Below, piece after piece: positions 1 to 12,091 of a DNA stretch of 64,000 nucleotides. Positions within the stretch are counted from its first letter, which is position 1. Every line of letters starts with the position of its first letter. Below the pieces are notes generated by a model that saw nothing but the letters and a program-made list of their open reading frames with translations, was not told the origin of the DNA and did not search any database. Source of the stretch: Eledone cirrhosa (taxonomy: Eukaryota); NCBI GenBank assembly GCA_964016885.1, contig OZ024741.1, positions 123,008,001-123,072,000 on the forward strand. The letters run 5' to 3'. The position numbers and the translations under genes are program-made.

Positions 1-400
1 TATTGTTATTGTGTAAACTGTGTTAGGTTTACAATCTTACATAAGAAATAATCAATACATGTATAAAGGCACGCAAACATATCTTATTATATAAATGGAC
101 AAATAAAAATAGTTCAAAACTGACAAACTCCCCAGATTTCCTTTTGTAAATAATCTGCGGCATTAAATATTTACTTTATAAATGTGTATCTAATGGTCTG
201 TACACAATATAAAGGAAAGACATTTTAACTACAGACCTGTTAAATGCCATCACAATGGACGTTAAAATACAACCATACATAAGGTCACATTTAAGTATAA
301 AGCGTGTCTCGTTAAATATAAAGCTATTCTGAAGGCTTTCCATGAAACAAGAAAATACATAAAGACGACGCATATTATTAAGACAAACACAATAACTTTA

Positions 401-464
<64 letters not shown>

Positions 465-2696
465 CTGAGAATATCGACGTTCAATCTTTATGTTTCTTTT
501 CTTAATGGCATAAAAATGTGATTTTATATAATATTGTCTTTGAAGCCTTTAATATTTTTGTACATGTCATTTACAAAATTCATAAACTCATTAAACGTCT
601 TCTATAGCCGACTACTAACATAAATATTTCATTGCAAGTGAGCTCATAAATTTCATATATCAATATATTATATAGGAATTTGAGAGAGGGGCGTGGAGAG
701 AGAGGTGGTGTGAGAAGATAAGAGAAAAGAAAGAACAATGAGAAAGAGAAACAGAAGTATTTTAATCTATCACCCACCCCTGATGGAATGTATAACATTT
801 TTTTATAGAATTTGATTAGACTTAGAAGGAGAATTTTTATATTTGAATAGCAATTTAACTTCATAGGTAAGCTGACTTGTACTATAGTGTTATTGCCTTG
901 TTTGTTTATATATATTGTTGCTGTTTCCTAGTCTCGAGAGATAAAATAGCGAATGATTTACGTCAGTGGATGACGAGGGAGATGCAATGAAACAGCCAGT
1001 CCAACTTGCAGGGCTCGTTCTTGCTAATGAGTATCTCCATCCCATTCGAAGCAAAACATACTTAAACATTCCTTTCAAATAATGATGAGCAATAATTCTA
1101 TTATCAATTGTATCTGTTTTATTGTAGATGCTTTATCGTCCCGCCAGACAGAATGGCGAATGCATTAACTCATAAGAAGGTTGAGTGTATGGAAACAGAG
1201 AGGATGTCAAGTTTCCATATTTTCGCACAGCCATCTTCACCCACAACAAAGTAAGTAATGTAATTGCTTAGGCATCCAATACGCCAAGTATTTTCACAGC
1301 TAATATTTAGACGAGTTGTGCGAAAACAGTCTGTTCACCCAGGAAACATTTAACTGTATTTTAGTAGACTGGAATTTACAAATTTCAGCTATGCAGACAT
1401 ACCACAGCAATACCTGTCAACAGGGCTTTCATATAATTCCTCCTCTTACTTTCGAATGAACCATAAGAGATTAAAATTATCGAGAAACTTGGTTAATATC
1501 TGTGGACAGAATATGATATTTAAATTTTATATGATGCAAATAGCAGTTCCCACACACACTACTCTGAGAGCTTAACTAATAGGATTCCTACTTTGTTTTG
1601 TGAATGCATCACGAACTAATGGGAACGACAAACAATTTACAATCATGAGGTTCACAGTTCGATCCCATTGCGTGGCACTACGACCAAGTGTATTATACCA
1701 TAGCCTCGATTCCAGCCAAGCCTCGTCAATGAAATTCATTCCGTCGGAAATAAGATTCTGCAAAAAAAATATTTTCTTTGCCAGAGAATGTAAACCTCTT
1801 TGTAGTGTATTGGAAGCACACACATATATGTCAGTAATTTAGTATTTTTTCTTCCTTCTGATAAACATCTGAATAACTATTCTATTCTCTTTAGGAACGT
1901 TTCCGTTGCCTATTTATATAACAATATAACAATATCTACTATTGCTTTTATATTTGTATGCGTTTATATCCAACATCCAAGACATTAATCTTAATACACT
2001 CAAAATATCATCAGTATTCTTGAAGATTCCATATACTAATATATAGCTTGCACTCAATACACAGAAATAATGTATATTACGAAAAAAGAAGAAAGAAATC
2101 AGGCAGAAAAAATGAAAAAAAATAATTCTGGCCATGGAATGTAGTCTTGTTCAGAGATACATTACTAAATACCTGTGAGAGATTGTGTCTCTTGTAGCAA
2201 GATGTTTTATATAGCAATTGCCTAACGACATTTTGTATTTAAGACGTGCTGAGAAATGTGAGTTGATGTTTATTGGAAAGGAGATATTGACTTTTACACA
2301 AACCTACATGGCTTCAAGATTTATAGATGACGTGAACTGAAATGATTATGGCTTAACCATGCAAGTGTTTCTATAAAAGAATATAACACTGGGTTACATT
2401 CTTCAGGTTTACCATAAAACGAATATATAATAATAATAATAATAATAATGCTTTCTTTATTAACCACAAGGGTTTACATAAAGTAGACATTAAGGACAGT
2501 ACAAGACAATACAGGACGGTACAAATGGGTATTTCTGCGTGTAAAAAAAACAGAGGATGTAATAAAAAAATAACAATGAAAAATTCCCCAATAGGGGATA
2601 GACTTCGGAGGGACATTTGTGGAGAAGGCCAATTAAAAGGCCACAGTGACCCTGACCACCAGGGCAAGTGCCCTCTCCCAGTTTTCCACCTTTAAT

Positions 2697-5600
2697 TTAC
2701 AGACACATATTCAGAGTAGGCCCATTCACTCGGGCCATACTTGCTTCTCTCACCCATCTTTCAACAAAATGCTGGGAAGAGAGCACCCCCCTTTCTACCC
2801 TGATTTTCGTTTTCAAATGAAATTTGAAAAAGTTAATCAAGGCAACACCGAAGAGGTAAGTGCTAGTCTTCAGCCCTTTCAAACGTGTCCACCATACTAT
2901 CTCTTTCGCCATGGCCACCAGACAAATAAAAACTGCCTGCCCTTCTCTTCTAAAGGAAGAGGGCGGGGCAATCCTCATGATGGACTCAGCTGATAGCTGC
3001 ATCCGTCCTACACGTGAGAGCAGGTGTTCGACATAAACACACAAGTCAGCAATGCTCGGACACTGGATGAGTGCATGCAGGGCGGTTTCGTCGCCCTTCG
3101 TGCATCTCGGACATGCCCGGCTGACGGCACCTCCATGCCTGTAGAGTCTATCCCGAACTGGCAAAGCTCCTCGGTAGCACTGCCAGGCCAGGGATTTCTG
3201 GAAGTTGTCCATAGAACCCGGCCCGAATGTTCTTCCAAAGAGATTGGCTTGTTGATTTTCTTCGACGCCTAGAGTTTCCCCAAGTACATCGTCGCTCTTC
3301 TCCTCCACTAATCCTCTATAGAACGCCAAAGTGGAGTTTCCACCGATCACATTGCTCGATTGGTCGAGGGCTGTGAGCGCCTGAAGACATTCCAGTCTCC
3401 AAGCGCTCCCTCTCGGTCTTAGCTTGACCCAGGACTGCAGATCCGCCAAGGAGATGAGCTGGGGAAAGACGCGTCTAGCAAACGGCGACCACACCTGATC
3501 ACCGTCGAGGAATAGGTGGAGATGTCGTAGACTGAGCGCGTGTTTGCGCATCATCAGCCACGGCATGCCCAGCCCTCCACGTAGCGGGTGTTGACAGCAG
3601 ATGGACCGCCTGACCATCGGAGCGCGTCCCTTCCACAAAAAATGAAAGAGCAAACGCTCCAGCGCAGTCAGGCGGGGCTTAGGACAAGGTACGACGGTCA
3701 GGCGGTAGTAGGTGAAGGACGCGATGTACGCGTTAGCCACCTCCGCTCGACATTTCAGGGATAGCTTCCTCTCCGCCCATTTCTGGGTGAGAGAAGCCAC
3801 CCTGCTCGTCACCTCTTCCCAGTTTTTGTCCGTCTGGAGGTCGGGACCGAACCAGACCCCTAGCAATTTAACCGGTCCATCCGTCCAGCGCCTGAAGACG
3901 CTGTTGGACGGCATGGACCTGCCTCTCCAGGTGCCGAGCTTCAGGCCCACTGACCTTTGATGGTTGATCATTGCTTCTGTCACCGCTTCGTAATCTCTTA
4001 GTGTAGTGCCGATCGCCTCGATGTGGTTGGCGTTCGACACCATTACGGTGACATCGTCCGCATATGCTGACACGGATCTTCCGCATCCTAGTTCGCGCAG
4101 GACCCCCCTCAACGACTGCAGTTTGTGCAGTAATGGCTCGAGAGTCAATACGTACAAGAGGGACGAGAGGGGACATCCTTGGCGAACCGAGCGCATGATG
4201 TTGAACGGTTCGCCAAAGATGTGGACCGTTCACTCTCACCACAGAGCATATATCGCTGTGCATGGCAGCAATCCAGCCTCTGAAGACAGGCCCAAAGCCA
4301 GCCGCCCTCAGGGCTGCCGCTAGGTAACGATGGTCGACCCTATCGAAAGCTTTCGACTGATCTAAATTGATGAAGGACCCACCCGTTCCAGGTTCCCTAG
4401 CTACCCTCTCTGCGATGTATCGCATGAGGTGGAGGTTGTCGTGGATGGATCTGTCGGGAATGGCGCACGTCTGCGCCTCTCCCACCAGACCACCAACTAT
4501 AAGCGCCAACCTCTTTGCTAGCACCTTGCCGAAAATCTTGAACTCTGTGTTTAGCAGAGTTATGGGCCGGAAATTATCTATATTATCCCTCTTGTTCGGA
4601 TCCTTTCTCAGCAGCGCCACAGCGCCTCGGCTCACAGAGCTGGGAATTCTCCCGTTCTGTTGCCAGTTGCAGTAGACGTCCGCCAAGAGGCCCCCGAACA
4701 AGTCTGGCATCTGGAAGTATAGTTCATAGGGCAGACCATCCAAACCAGGCGATTTACCCCTTGTGCAGCCAGTCATTGCCTCCCGTACTTCAACGGCTGT
4801 TATCGGCTTTTCGCAACACTCCGCCTCAGTGGCCGAGAGCCGCGGCAGTACGTCGAGGTAGACACTAAAGTCCATCTCTCGATTCGTCCCGCCGCTGCCC
4901 CCGAACAGCTGGGCGAAGTGTCGCTGGAAAGCTTCACACATTTGCCCGGTATCGAGTAGCATGCGCCCGTCGTGGTCCACCAAAGACCGGATCTTGGCTT
5001 TGTTGCCACGACGCGCCTCCGCCACTCGGGCCCATTGAACGGTTTTCGTCCCCTCGTGTCTGAGAGCACGCACCCTAGCTCTGACAACGCAGCCTTCGTG
5101 CTTTGCTTTGAAGTGATGGTCAAGGGCCAATTTCGCCGCAAGTACGTCGGTCGCGATGCCTTTGCTAAGCGCCTCGTCTAATTTTCTAACTAGTTCTCCT
5201 TCTGCTCTATTTTCTCTATTCATAAAGCCTTACTAAATCTAATGGACTCTATTCTAATAGTAATCCCACACAATCCCAGCGTGCATCTAAGATCCCGTTA
5301 CAGTCGCCCACTAACACTAAAGAGCGGGACGTTCCAAGAAAGGTCTCCAGACGTCGGAAGAAATCAGTCCGCCCTGCTCCTGTCGGGGCATAGACGGCCA
5401 CTAGCCCGAAAGCTTGCCCGTCTCCGCTGGTCACGTCCAGCACCACCAACTTACCTTCTGGGTCCAGGAAGATGGCCCGTATGGCGAGATCCAAACCTCT
5501 CCGAAAAAGCACAGCACCTCCTCGCCCCGATCCAGGACGGCTGGCTGGGAGATGCGTACACATCGTAGCCGTCGAAGATCGGTGCGAAGGCCCGTGCTTC

Positions 5601-5729
5601 GGAGATTCTGGTCTCGCTGATGGCCACTACATCTATGTTTAGTCACCTGAGGTCGTTGAGCAGGTGGCATTGCTTCCATGACGACCCCAAGCCACGTGCA
5701 TTTATGCTGCCTATTCTGAGTGAGGTCAT
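2697..5729 (-). pseudogene. LINE ORF2 (APE endonuclease + reverse transcriptase + zf-RVT), frameshifted, with an internal deletion
   Basis: Starts MTSLRIGSINARGLG at 5729. APE motifs VYAP and LVGDCN; RT motifs KSPGLDG, FRPITLLN, LDQSKAFDRV, QGCPLS, YADD. Frameshifts near 5530 and 4200. About 400 bp present in copy B (roughly 8150-7750) is missing at about 5260. Confidence 0.93.
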
Positions 5730-5763
5730 GTTGAAATGGAGTGGAAAAGATGGGAAAGACCAC

Positions 5764-6378
5764 TTACCTTACTTCTTGTAGAGGAAGGATGGTTTCTCCA
5801 TCCTTTTCACTGCTTGTGGCCTTCTCCGGAAGGATGTCCTTATAAATCCTCCTGGAGAGTGCTTGTCGGATATCTCCGATGTCTTTGGGGAATTTTTGTT
5901 TTAGTGTCGGGTACGTTTTCTGTGTGATGCGAGTCATTTGTATGTGTGAAGGTGGTGTGAACTTTTGGGTTGTTGTGTAGTCTTTTTCTGTGATGCTGGT
6001 GTTGTGTTGGATGTAGTGTAATAATTGGTTGTTGTTCAAATTTAAAGCTGTGTAGTGTGCATCGTTTTGGTTGTTTTGTTTTGTTTGCGTTTGTTGTGGG
6101 TTTGTTTCTGTTTCGCTTTTTGGTGACTTTTGTGGTGTTGGTGATGGTGGTGTTGTGGTTACTGATGGTGATGGTGTTGTTGTTTGTGGTGATGAGGTTA
6201 GTGATGCTGGTGTGGATGGTGGCATATCTGTCCTAACTTTTTTGTTTGATAGTTTATTTTTTTCCCGCTGTATTTTGTTTTTGGAGGGGGAGGGAAGAGT
6301 ATTTTTTCTTTTTTGGTTTCTTTTTTTCTTTTTTCCTGATACCGTTTCCCACTCCTCGTCTTCACAATCTGAATCCAA
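5764..6378 (-). pseudogene. C-terminal part of LINE ORF1 (copy A)
   Basis: Low-complexity K/T/P/Q-rich ORF ending just upstream of the ORF2 ATG. Its C-terminus (TYPTLKQKFPKDIG) resembles the copy B ORF1 end (SYTEIRDSFPRDVG). Confidence 0.8.
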
Positions 6379-8617
6379 CCCCGAGCAACTTTACCGGTCC
6401 GTCCGTCCAGCGCCCCACGACGCTGTTGGATGGCATAGGCTTGCCTCTCCAGGTTCCGAGCTGCAAGCCCACCTACTTTTCCTGGTTAAGTTTGGCTCCT
6501 GTCAACCTTTCATATTCCTTCATTAAGGTGCTGACCACCTCGATTTCTGAGGTGTCCGACACCATCACGGTGATGTCGTCCGCATAAGCCGACACCGCCT
6601 TTCCACCTCCCGGTTCGAGTGGGATGCCCTGCAACAGCTCCAGCCTCCGCATTAAAAGCTCGAGTGTCAACACGTACAGAAGGGAAGAGAGAGTGCACCC
6701 TTCACGGACCGATCGGGAGAGCCGAAATAGTTCCGAGAGGTGGCTATTAACCTTGACCACCGAGCGTGTGCCGCTGTGCATTGCAGCGATCCAGCTTCTG
6801 ACAACAGGGCCGAAGCCAGCTGCTTTGAGGACAAACTCCAGATACCTATGGGCGACCCTATCGAATGCTTTCGATTGATCTAAATTGATCAGTGCTCCAC
6901 CGAAGCCAGGTGTACACTCTACCCTCTCTATGATGTATCGCATGGGGTGGATTTTGTCGTGTATGGACCTGGCTGGGATTGCACAAGTTTGCGCCTCCCC
7001 AACCAAATCCTCGACGACAAGCGCCAATCTCTTTGCTAACACCTTGGCCACAATCTTAAACTCTGTGTTGAGCAGAGTTATGGGCCTGAAGTTGTCTAAT
7101 GTATCCCTCTTGTTCTCGTCTTTCCTTATCAGCGTCACCACTGCCCTGCTCGCAGAACTGGGAATACTCCCATTCTGCTTCCAGTTGCAGTAGAGTGCTT
7201 CGAGGAGATCGGAGAACAAGTCTGGCATATTTACGTAAAGCTCATAGGGCAGGCCATCCAAACCGGGTGACTTGCGCCTCATGCGGCTGACAAGGGCGTC
7301 CTGAATTTCGGCTGAAGTAATCGACCTTTCGCAGCGCTCAGCGTCGACTGTCGTGATGCGCGGCAAGCCGTCAAGGTAGGGACTGAAATCCGCTACTCTC
7401 TCTGACTCGCCACTCTCCCCGACCAACCGAGCAAAGTGCTGGCGAAAGGCCTCACACATCCGCTTGGAATCGCTTATCTCGTGTCCGTCTCGGTCCGCCA
7501 AAGACTGAATTGTGGTTTATTACCACGCTGCGCCTCCTCCACGCGGGCCCATCGAACAGCTTTGGTTCCCACGTTTCTCAGCGCACGTGTTTCGCATTGA
7601 AGAAATGGTCTCATGCCATTCTCGCCGCTAGCACGTCAGTTGCAATGCTACTACAAATAGCCTCGTCTATCTCATCTACCAGCTCCCCCTCATTTCTATT
7701 TTCTCTAACGCTAGTTCTTTGCTGAACTCCATCGAAGTTACTCTAATCTCTCCTTTGAGAGCCACCCACCATCTGTTGTTGATGAACCCCCCCCCCCCCC
7801 CTGTCAACTTTTTCTTAAATTAAATGTTGACTAGGTCCCTGTAAGCCTTACGTGCCGGAAATGACATGTTCAGCTTCCAGTAACCCGGTCCCAACCTACC
7901 TGTTTTATCTAGGTCGACTAAACAGATTACAAATTTGTGATCTGAAAAGGCGACCGTTTTTAAAATTGGGCAGCCTACACTATTTCTATCTATTTTCCTA
8001 ATAAAGATCCTGTCTATATACGATCTAGATAACCCTATGCGGTTGTTCCACGTCCACACTGGCGCATTGGGGAAATCTAGTCGATACCTGTCAGACAGTT
8101 GGAACTAGCTGATTAGGTGTTTGAGGCTTTTGCACCCCCCGCTCCTATCAGCTACTCCCACACAATCCCAGCGTGGGTCTAAGATGCCGTTCCAGTCCCC
8201 CGCTAACAGTAGAGGGCGAGACGTACCCAGAAAGGTTTCCAAGTGCCTAAAGAAGTCCGGTCGTCCTTCCCCAGTAGGGGCGTAGACGGCCAGCAGTCTA
8301 AAGGCAACACCTTCGCTACTGCTCACATCCAGGACCACCAACTTACCGTCCGGGTCCCGGAAAATCGACCTTACCTCGAGATCCAGACTTTTTTTAAGCA
8401 GCACTACCACCCCACCTCCCATTTCCGGCCTGCTAACAGATGCGAAGATCTGATATTCGTCGAAAATGGGGGCTAGTGCGCGCGTGTCGGAAATCCTGGT
8501 CTCGCTGTCGGCAATCATATCCATTTCCAGAGACCTGAGGTCGTTGAGCAGGCGACCCTACTTCCAGGGTGACCCCAGGCCGCGAACATTTAAACTTCCT
8601 ACTCTTAATATGGCCAT
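6379..8617 (-). pseudogene. LINE ORF2 (APE + RT), disrupted and 3'-truncated
   Basis: Starts MAILRVGSLNVRGLG at 8617. Motifs LAGDWN, YIDRIF, FSDH, PGYWKLN, KSPGLDG, LDQSKAFDRV, YADD; several stops and frameshifts. Confidence 0.92.
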
Positions 8618-8650
8618 GTTGGCAAGCTAAAAGAGAGATGGAAGGTTTCC

Positions 8651-10621
8651 TTACCTCCCGGGGTCTTGTGAAGGTCGGGAGGTACGACCTCCATGGTTGG
8701 TGAGGTTTCTTTTGGGAAGCCCATTAAAAGTCTTGATGTGGGTTTCACGTTCGGGGTTCCCACGTCTCGAGGAAAGCTGTCTCGAATTTCTGTGTAGGAA
8801 TTGAGCGACATTCGCACCAGAAGCAAATCTTCTGGCACGCAAAATGTGTTCAGTTCAAAGATCTCCCCCTTTGTTTGGATGTTCTCGCTTCGTGCTAAAA
8901 GGGCCATTAATTTATCGTTGACCCTTCTGACAAGCACGAAGTTTTTAATGTTTTATTGGTGTGGTTTCATTGTTTTCGTTTTGGTGACTGTGGTGGTGAT
9001 AGTTTTTGTGGTGTTGTTTCGGGTATGTCTGTGTTTGTTGTAGGTGTGGTTTCTGCAATTTCAGGTATCTCTGAGATTATTTCTTCTTGTGTCTGTTTAG
9101 GTTGTTTGCGTTTTGGGGATTGTGGAGTTGGTGTTGAATTTGATGTTATTGTGGAAGTGTTTGCGTTAGTGGTGTCTGTATTTTTTGTGGTGTATGTTCT
9201 TGTGTATGTTCTTGTTGCGGCTTTTTTCTTTTTGGTGAGTTTTCTCTTTTGTTTTTTGGCACTTTTGGCTTTTCCTTCATCTTAACTGATGGAAGACAAA
9301 CGGGCTGTGGCTGTGAGTGTATCTGTTTCTGTGTGTGCAATCTTTGTTTTGTCTATGTGTATAATTAGAGGGGTAGGAGGAGTGGGAGAGCTTCCCTCGT
9401 TTTCCCCTTGGATTGGTTTTGGTGCTGGTGGTGGTCCGACTGTTTTTGATGTCGGTGGGGTTACCCGTATCATTTTTGGTGTTGTTTTTGGTGGTGGTCG
9501 TGGTGCAGCTTTTCGTGCTGACACTGGTGTTGGCAACAAAGGAGGTTTGCGACCCCCTGCATTTTTGAGCTGAGGGCAGAAGGATTGCAGATGCGTTGCT
9601 TCCCCGCAGACGAAGCAGAGCGGCCTTCTACCTCAGCGATTAATTGGATTGTTGTCTCGTCCTGCAGGCGAGCAAAATCCGGTATGTTGTTCATGTCCTC
9701 TGGTTTCATTTGGAGAGAAATCTCCAAATCTATTCCGGACCAGTCTTCTATCTCTGTCCTTTTGATATCCAGGAGGGTAGTGTCTTCCCTTCCTCGATTA
9801 CGCATCCCAGGATCCACCGTATGTACATTCCTGGTGGGATCCTGGGAATGCAGACCTTTACTGTCCTGTTGCCCATGTAGGACGGGTGTATTATAATGCG
9901 TTCCGTTCTGCAGGACGTCACCGAGTGTTAAATAGCAAGGGCCTCGGTTTTGAACTGTACCGAGATAGTACCGAACTGCTTGGCCCTTGCTTTATACTCT
10001 ATGTCACCTCCGATGCACTTCAAAGCAGCCTCGACCTCTGTTTGGCGGGAAAGTTCCACTTTGCGTGTCTGCACTGAAATGCATCGAAAGTACACCATCC
10101 TCCTTTGCATGACCGCTATTACCCCGTCCGGGATGGTCAGATTTGCCCAGGACTTCTCTTTTTAATTAACCCCCACGCCTGGGCCAACTGTTCGTCTTTA
10201 TCGCTAATATCAGCATTCAATAAGCGCTTTGTTTTCGCTGCTGCCGCTCCAAAGGTGGTGCCTGTGTTGCTCTTGTTGTTGGTGTTGTCGTTCTTGCTGT
10301 TGTTGTTGGTGTTGTTGTTATTGTTTTGCTTGTTGTTGCTATTGTCACCGTTATCCCTGTTTACATTGAGGTTGTCGATGTTATTGTCGTTGTTGTTGTG
10401 GTGGTGGTGGTGGTGGCGGTGGGAATGTTGTTTTGAGATGATACTGCTACTATCACAGAAGGGAGCGCTTGTGGTGGTACCTTTTGTGTGTTGCCTTCAC
10501 ATTCAGTGGTATTATCGACACACATGTCTGTAAAAATAGTAGTTGTGGTGAGATTTACAGTGGTTGCTTTTGAACTTTTGACCTCAACGTTGTTTACGGT
10601 TTCAAGGTCGAAAATGTCCAT
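8651..10621 (-). pseudogene. LINE ORF1 (gag-like, one CCHC zinc knuckle), frameshifted
   Basis: ATG at 10621, N/T-rich N-terminus, globular middle region, CFVCGEATHLQSFC (CX2CX4HX4C) at about 9575-9617, then a P/T/K-rich tail. Confidence 0.82.
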
Positions 10622-10849
10622 ATTTTTTCTGGTGGGGAAGCGATTTTTTCGATGTTTTAAAAAGTAAATCTGAATATTCGCGCTTAAAGCTTGAATATTG
10701 AGAGGTATCCTTTCCTTGGAACCAAGGTGTGTACCTTATGCTTCGTTAACGACGAGAAAATACAAAAAATGATACTTTAAAACAGCTTAATGTTACGAAC
10801 CTTTTCCCCCGCAGACTTGTACGTCTTCATACATGTGCATCCAATATAA

Positions 10850-11765
10850 CAGGAAAGAAATTTAGGGGACTGGTGTGTTGGCACCTTTCTAATATAGTAG
10901 ATTAAGTTGATGAATTAGCGAAATAAAAAGCGATAAAGAATAATAAAAGATAATAATAAAAAGTAAAAAATAAAGAATAGGAGATAAAAGTAAAGAATAA
11001 GGAATCGAAAGCAAAAAATGAACGATAAGAATAAAAATAAGAAAACTGTAAATAGGTAAATAGAGAATAAAAAGTAAAAGGGACAATGATAACATATGGG
11101 TGATTAGGGTTGGAGTAATTTGAATGTTTTATCTTAATGGAGGTGATGCGACTATAAAAAAGTTGACGGCTTGCTGAGATTGATTAAATGTCCGGTTGGT
11201 CAAGTGACTGCTAATAACAGTGAGGAAGTATAACGTTGGTCCGTTGGCGTCGGTCTAATAGACATTCTAATCCGAGTGGTTTTGACTGGATAGTGAGATC
11301 GCTAGATCAAATCATGCCGGTCGCGGTTTGAAGTTGGAGAATTTAGTGGCTGCTTCGTGCCTACAGAAGATTGTTCGCTCGAACTAGCTATTGAACAGCA
11401 TTTTTTTATATTTTAGAATCGGAGCATCTCCATATTGCAGAGTCCGCAGTGGGAGATTCCATTTTTGTAGGCCCTTGCATTCGATAACTTCGACCAGCTA
11501 ATCTCATATTCCTGATTAATGTCCTTAAGCCGCCAGATTTTATTGGCCAGCGTTGTTGTATTACCGAGTTTTCGGTCTTTTATGAAGTTTCTATGCACGT
11601 ACCATCCTTTTTTTAAGTCGCCAGCCGTAGAACCTATGTAGTGCCATGCTATGTTGCCAGACATGATAGTGCATAGATATACTATACTTGACTCCAGGCA
11701 CCTATTCTGTAGTGGGCATTGGTCCGGTAGGTGTCAGTTACATTTGAATCAGCGGCTTTTAGACT
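10850..11765 (-). mobile_element. 3' fragment of a Naiad-type Penelope-like element (GIY-YIG endonuclease + 3' UTR)
   Basis: Translation CN*HLPDQCPLQNRCLESSIVY...YIGST...TTLANKIW.LK...CGLCNMEM. This matches the CxCx5C + GIY-YIG + CxxC arrangement of the Naiad copy at 36516-37076. Confidence 0.82.
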
Positions 11766-11877
11766 CACCTGATTAAAGAAACAATTGTTAATACGGTAAA
11801 TGAAGCCTTTTGTACAGCCGACCATTTTATTCTTCATTTTTGTACATATATATATATATATATGAATATATATACGA

Positions 11878-11910
<33 letters not shown>

Positions 11911-12091
11911 TGTATGTATGTATGTATGTATGTATGTATGTATGTATGTATGTATGTATGTATGTATATATATATATAAAGAAACTCTTCGCTCTACGTG
12001 GCTGAATACAATAAATGTAATCTGAATTTTTCGAATATTAATAATAACATTCGATTCATTTAAAAATTATGCAAACAAGCCTCATTTTTAT

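Larger units (their letters stand above)
2428..6378 (-). mobile_element. Tx1/L1-clade non-LTR retrotransposon, copy A (5'-truncated within ORF1, intact 3' end)
   Basis: Order on the minus strand: ORF1 tail (5764-6378), APE endonuclease, RT with YADD, C-terminal CxxC...HxxxxC (CPRC...HALIQC), 3' UTR, AATAAA near 2457-2462, then an (ATT)n tail at 2428-2449. Confidence 0.93.
6379..10840 (-). mobile_element. Tx1/L1-clade non-LTR retrotransposon, copy B (5' part; broken just after the RT core)
   Basis: Full but decayed ORF1 followed by ORF2 APE and RT. It ends at ...WTDGPVKLLG, directly joined to copy A ORF1. The 5' boundary is approximate. Confidence 0.9.

Noticed and set aside
890-2000. Possible highly decayed hAT-like transposase (RLWYN...FPLVRDA)
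   Set aside because: Only vague similarity and no ERSFS motif found; it needs a tBLASTx/HMM search.
11100-11320. SECIS element downstream of the Naiad GIY-YIG fragment
   Set aside because: An ATGA and a tttga/tcaaa stem exist, but the apical AA and the 3' GA of the quartet are not in canonical positions.
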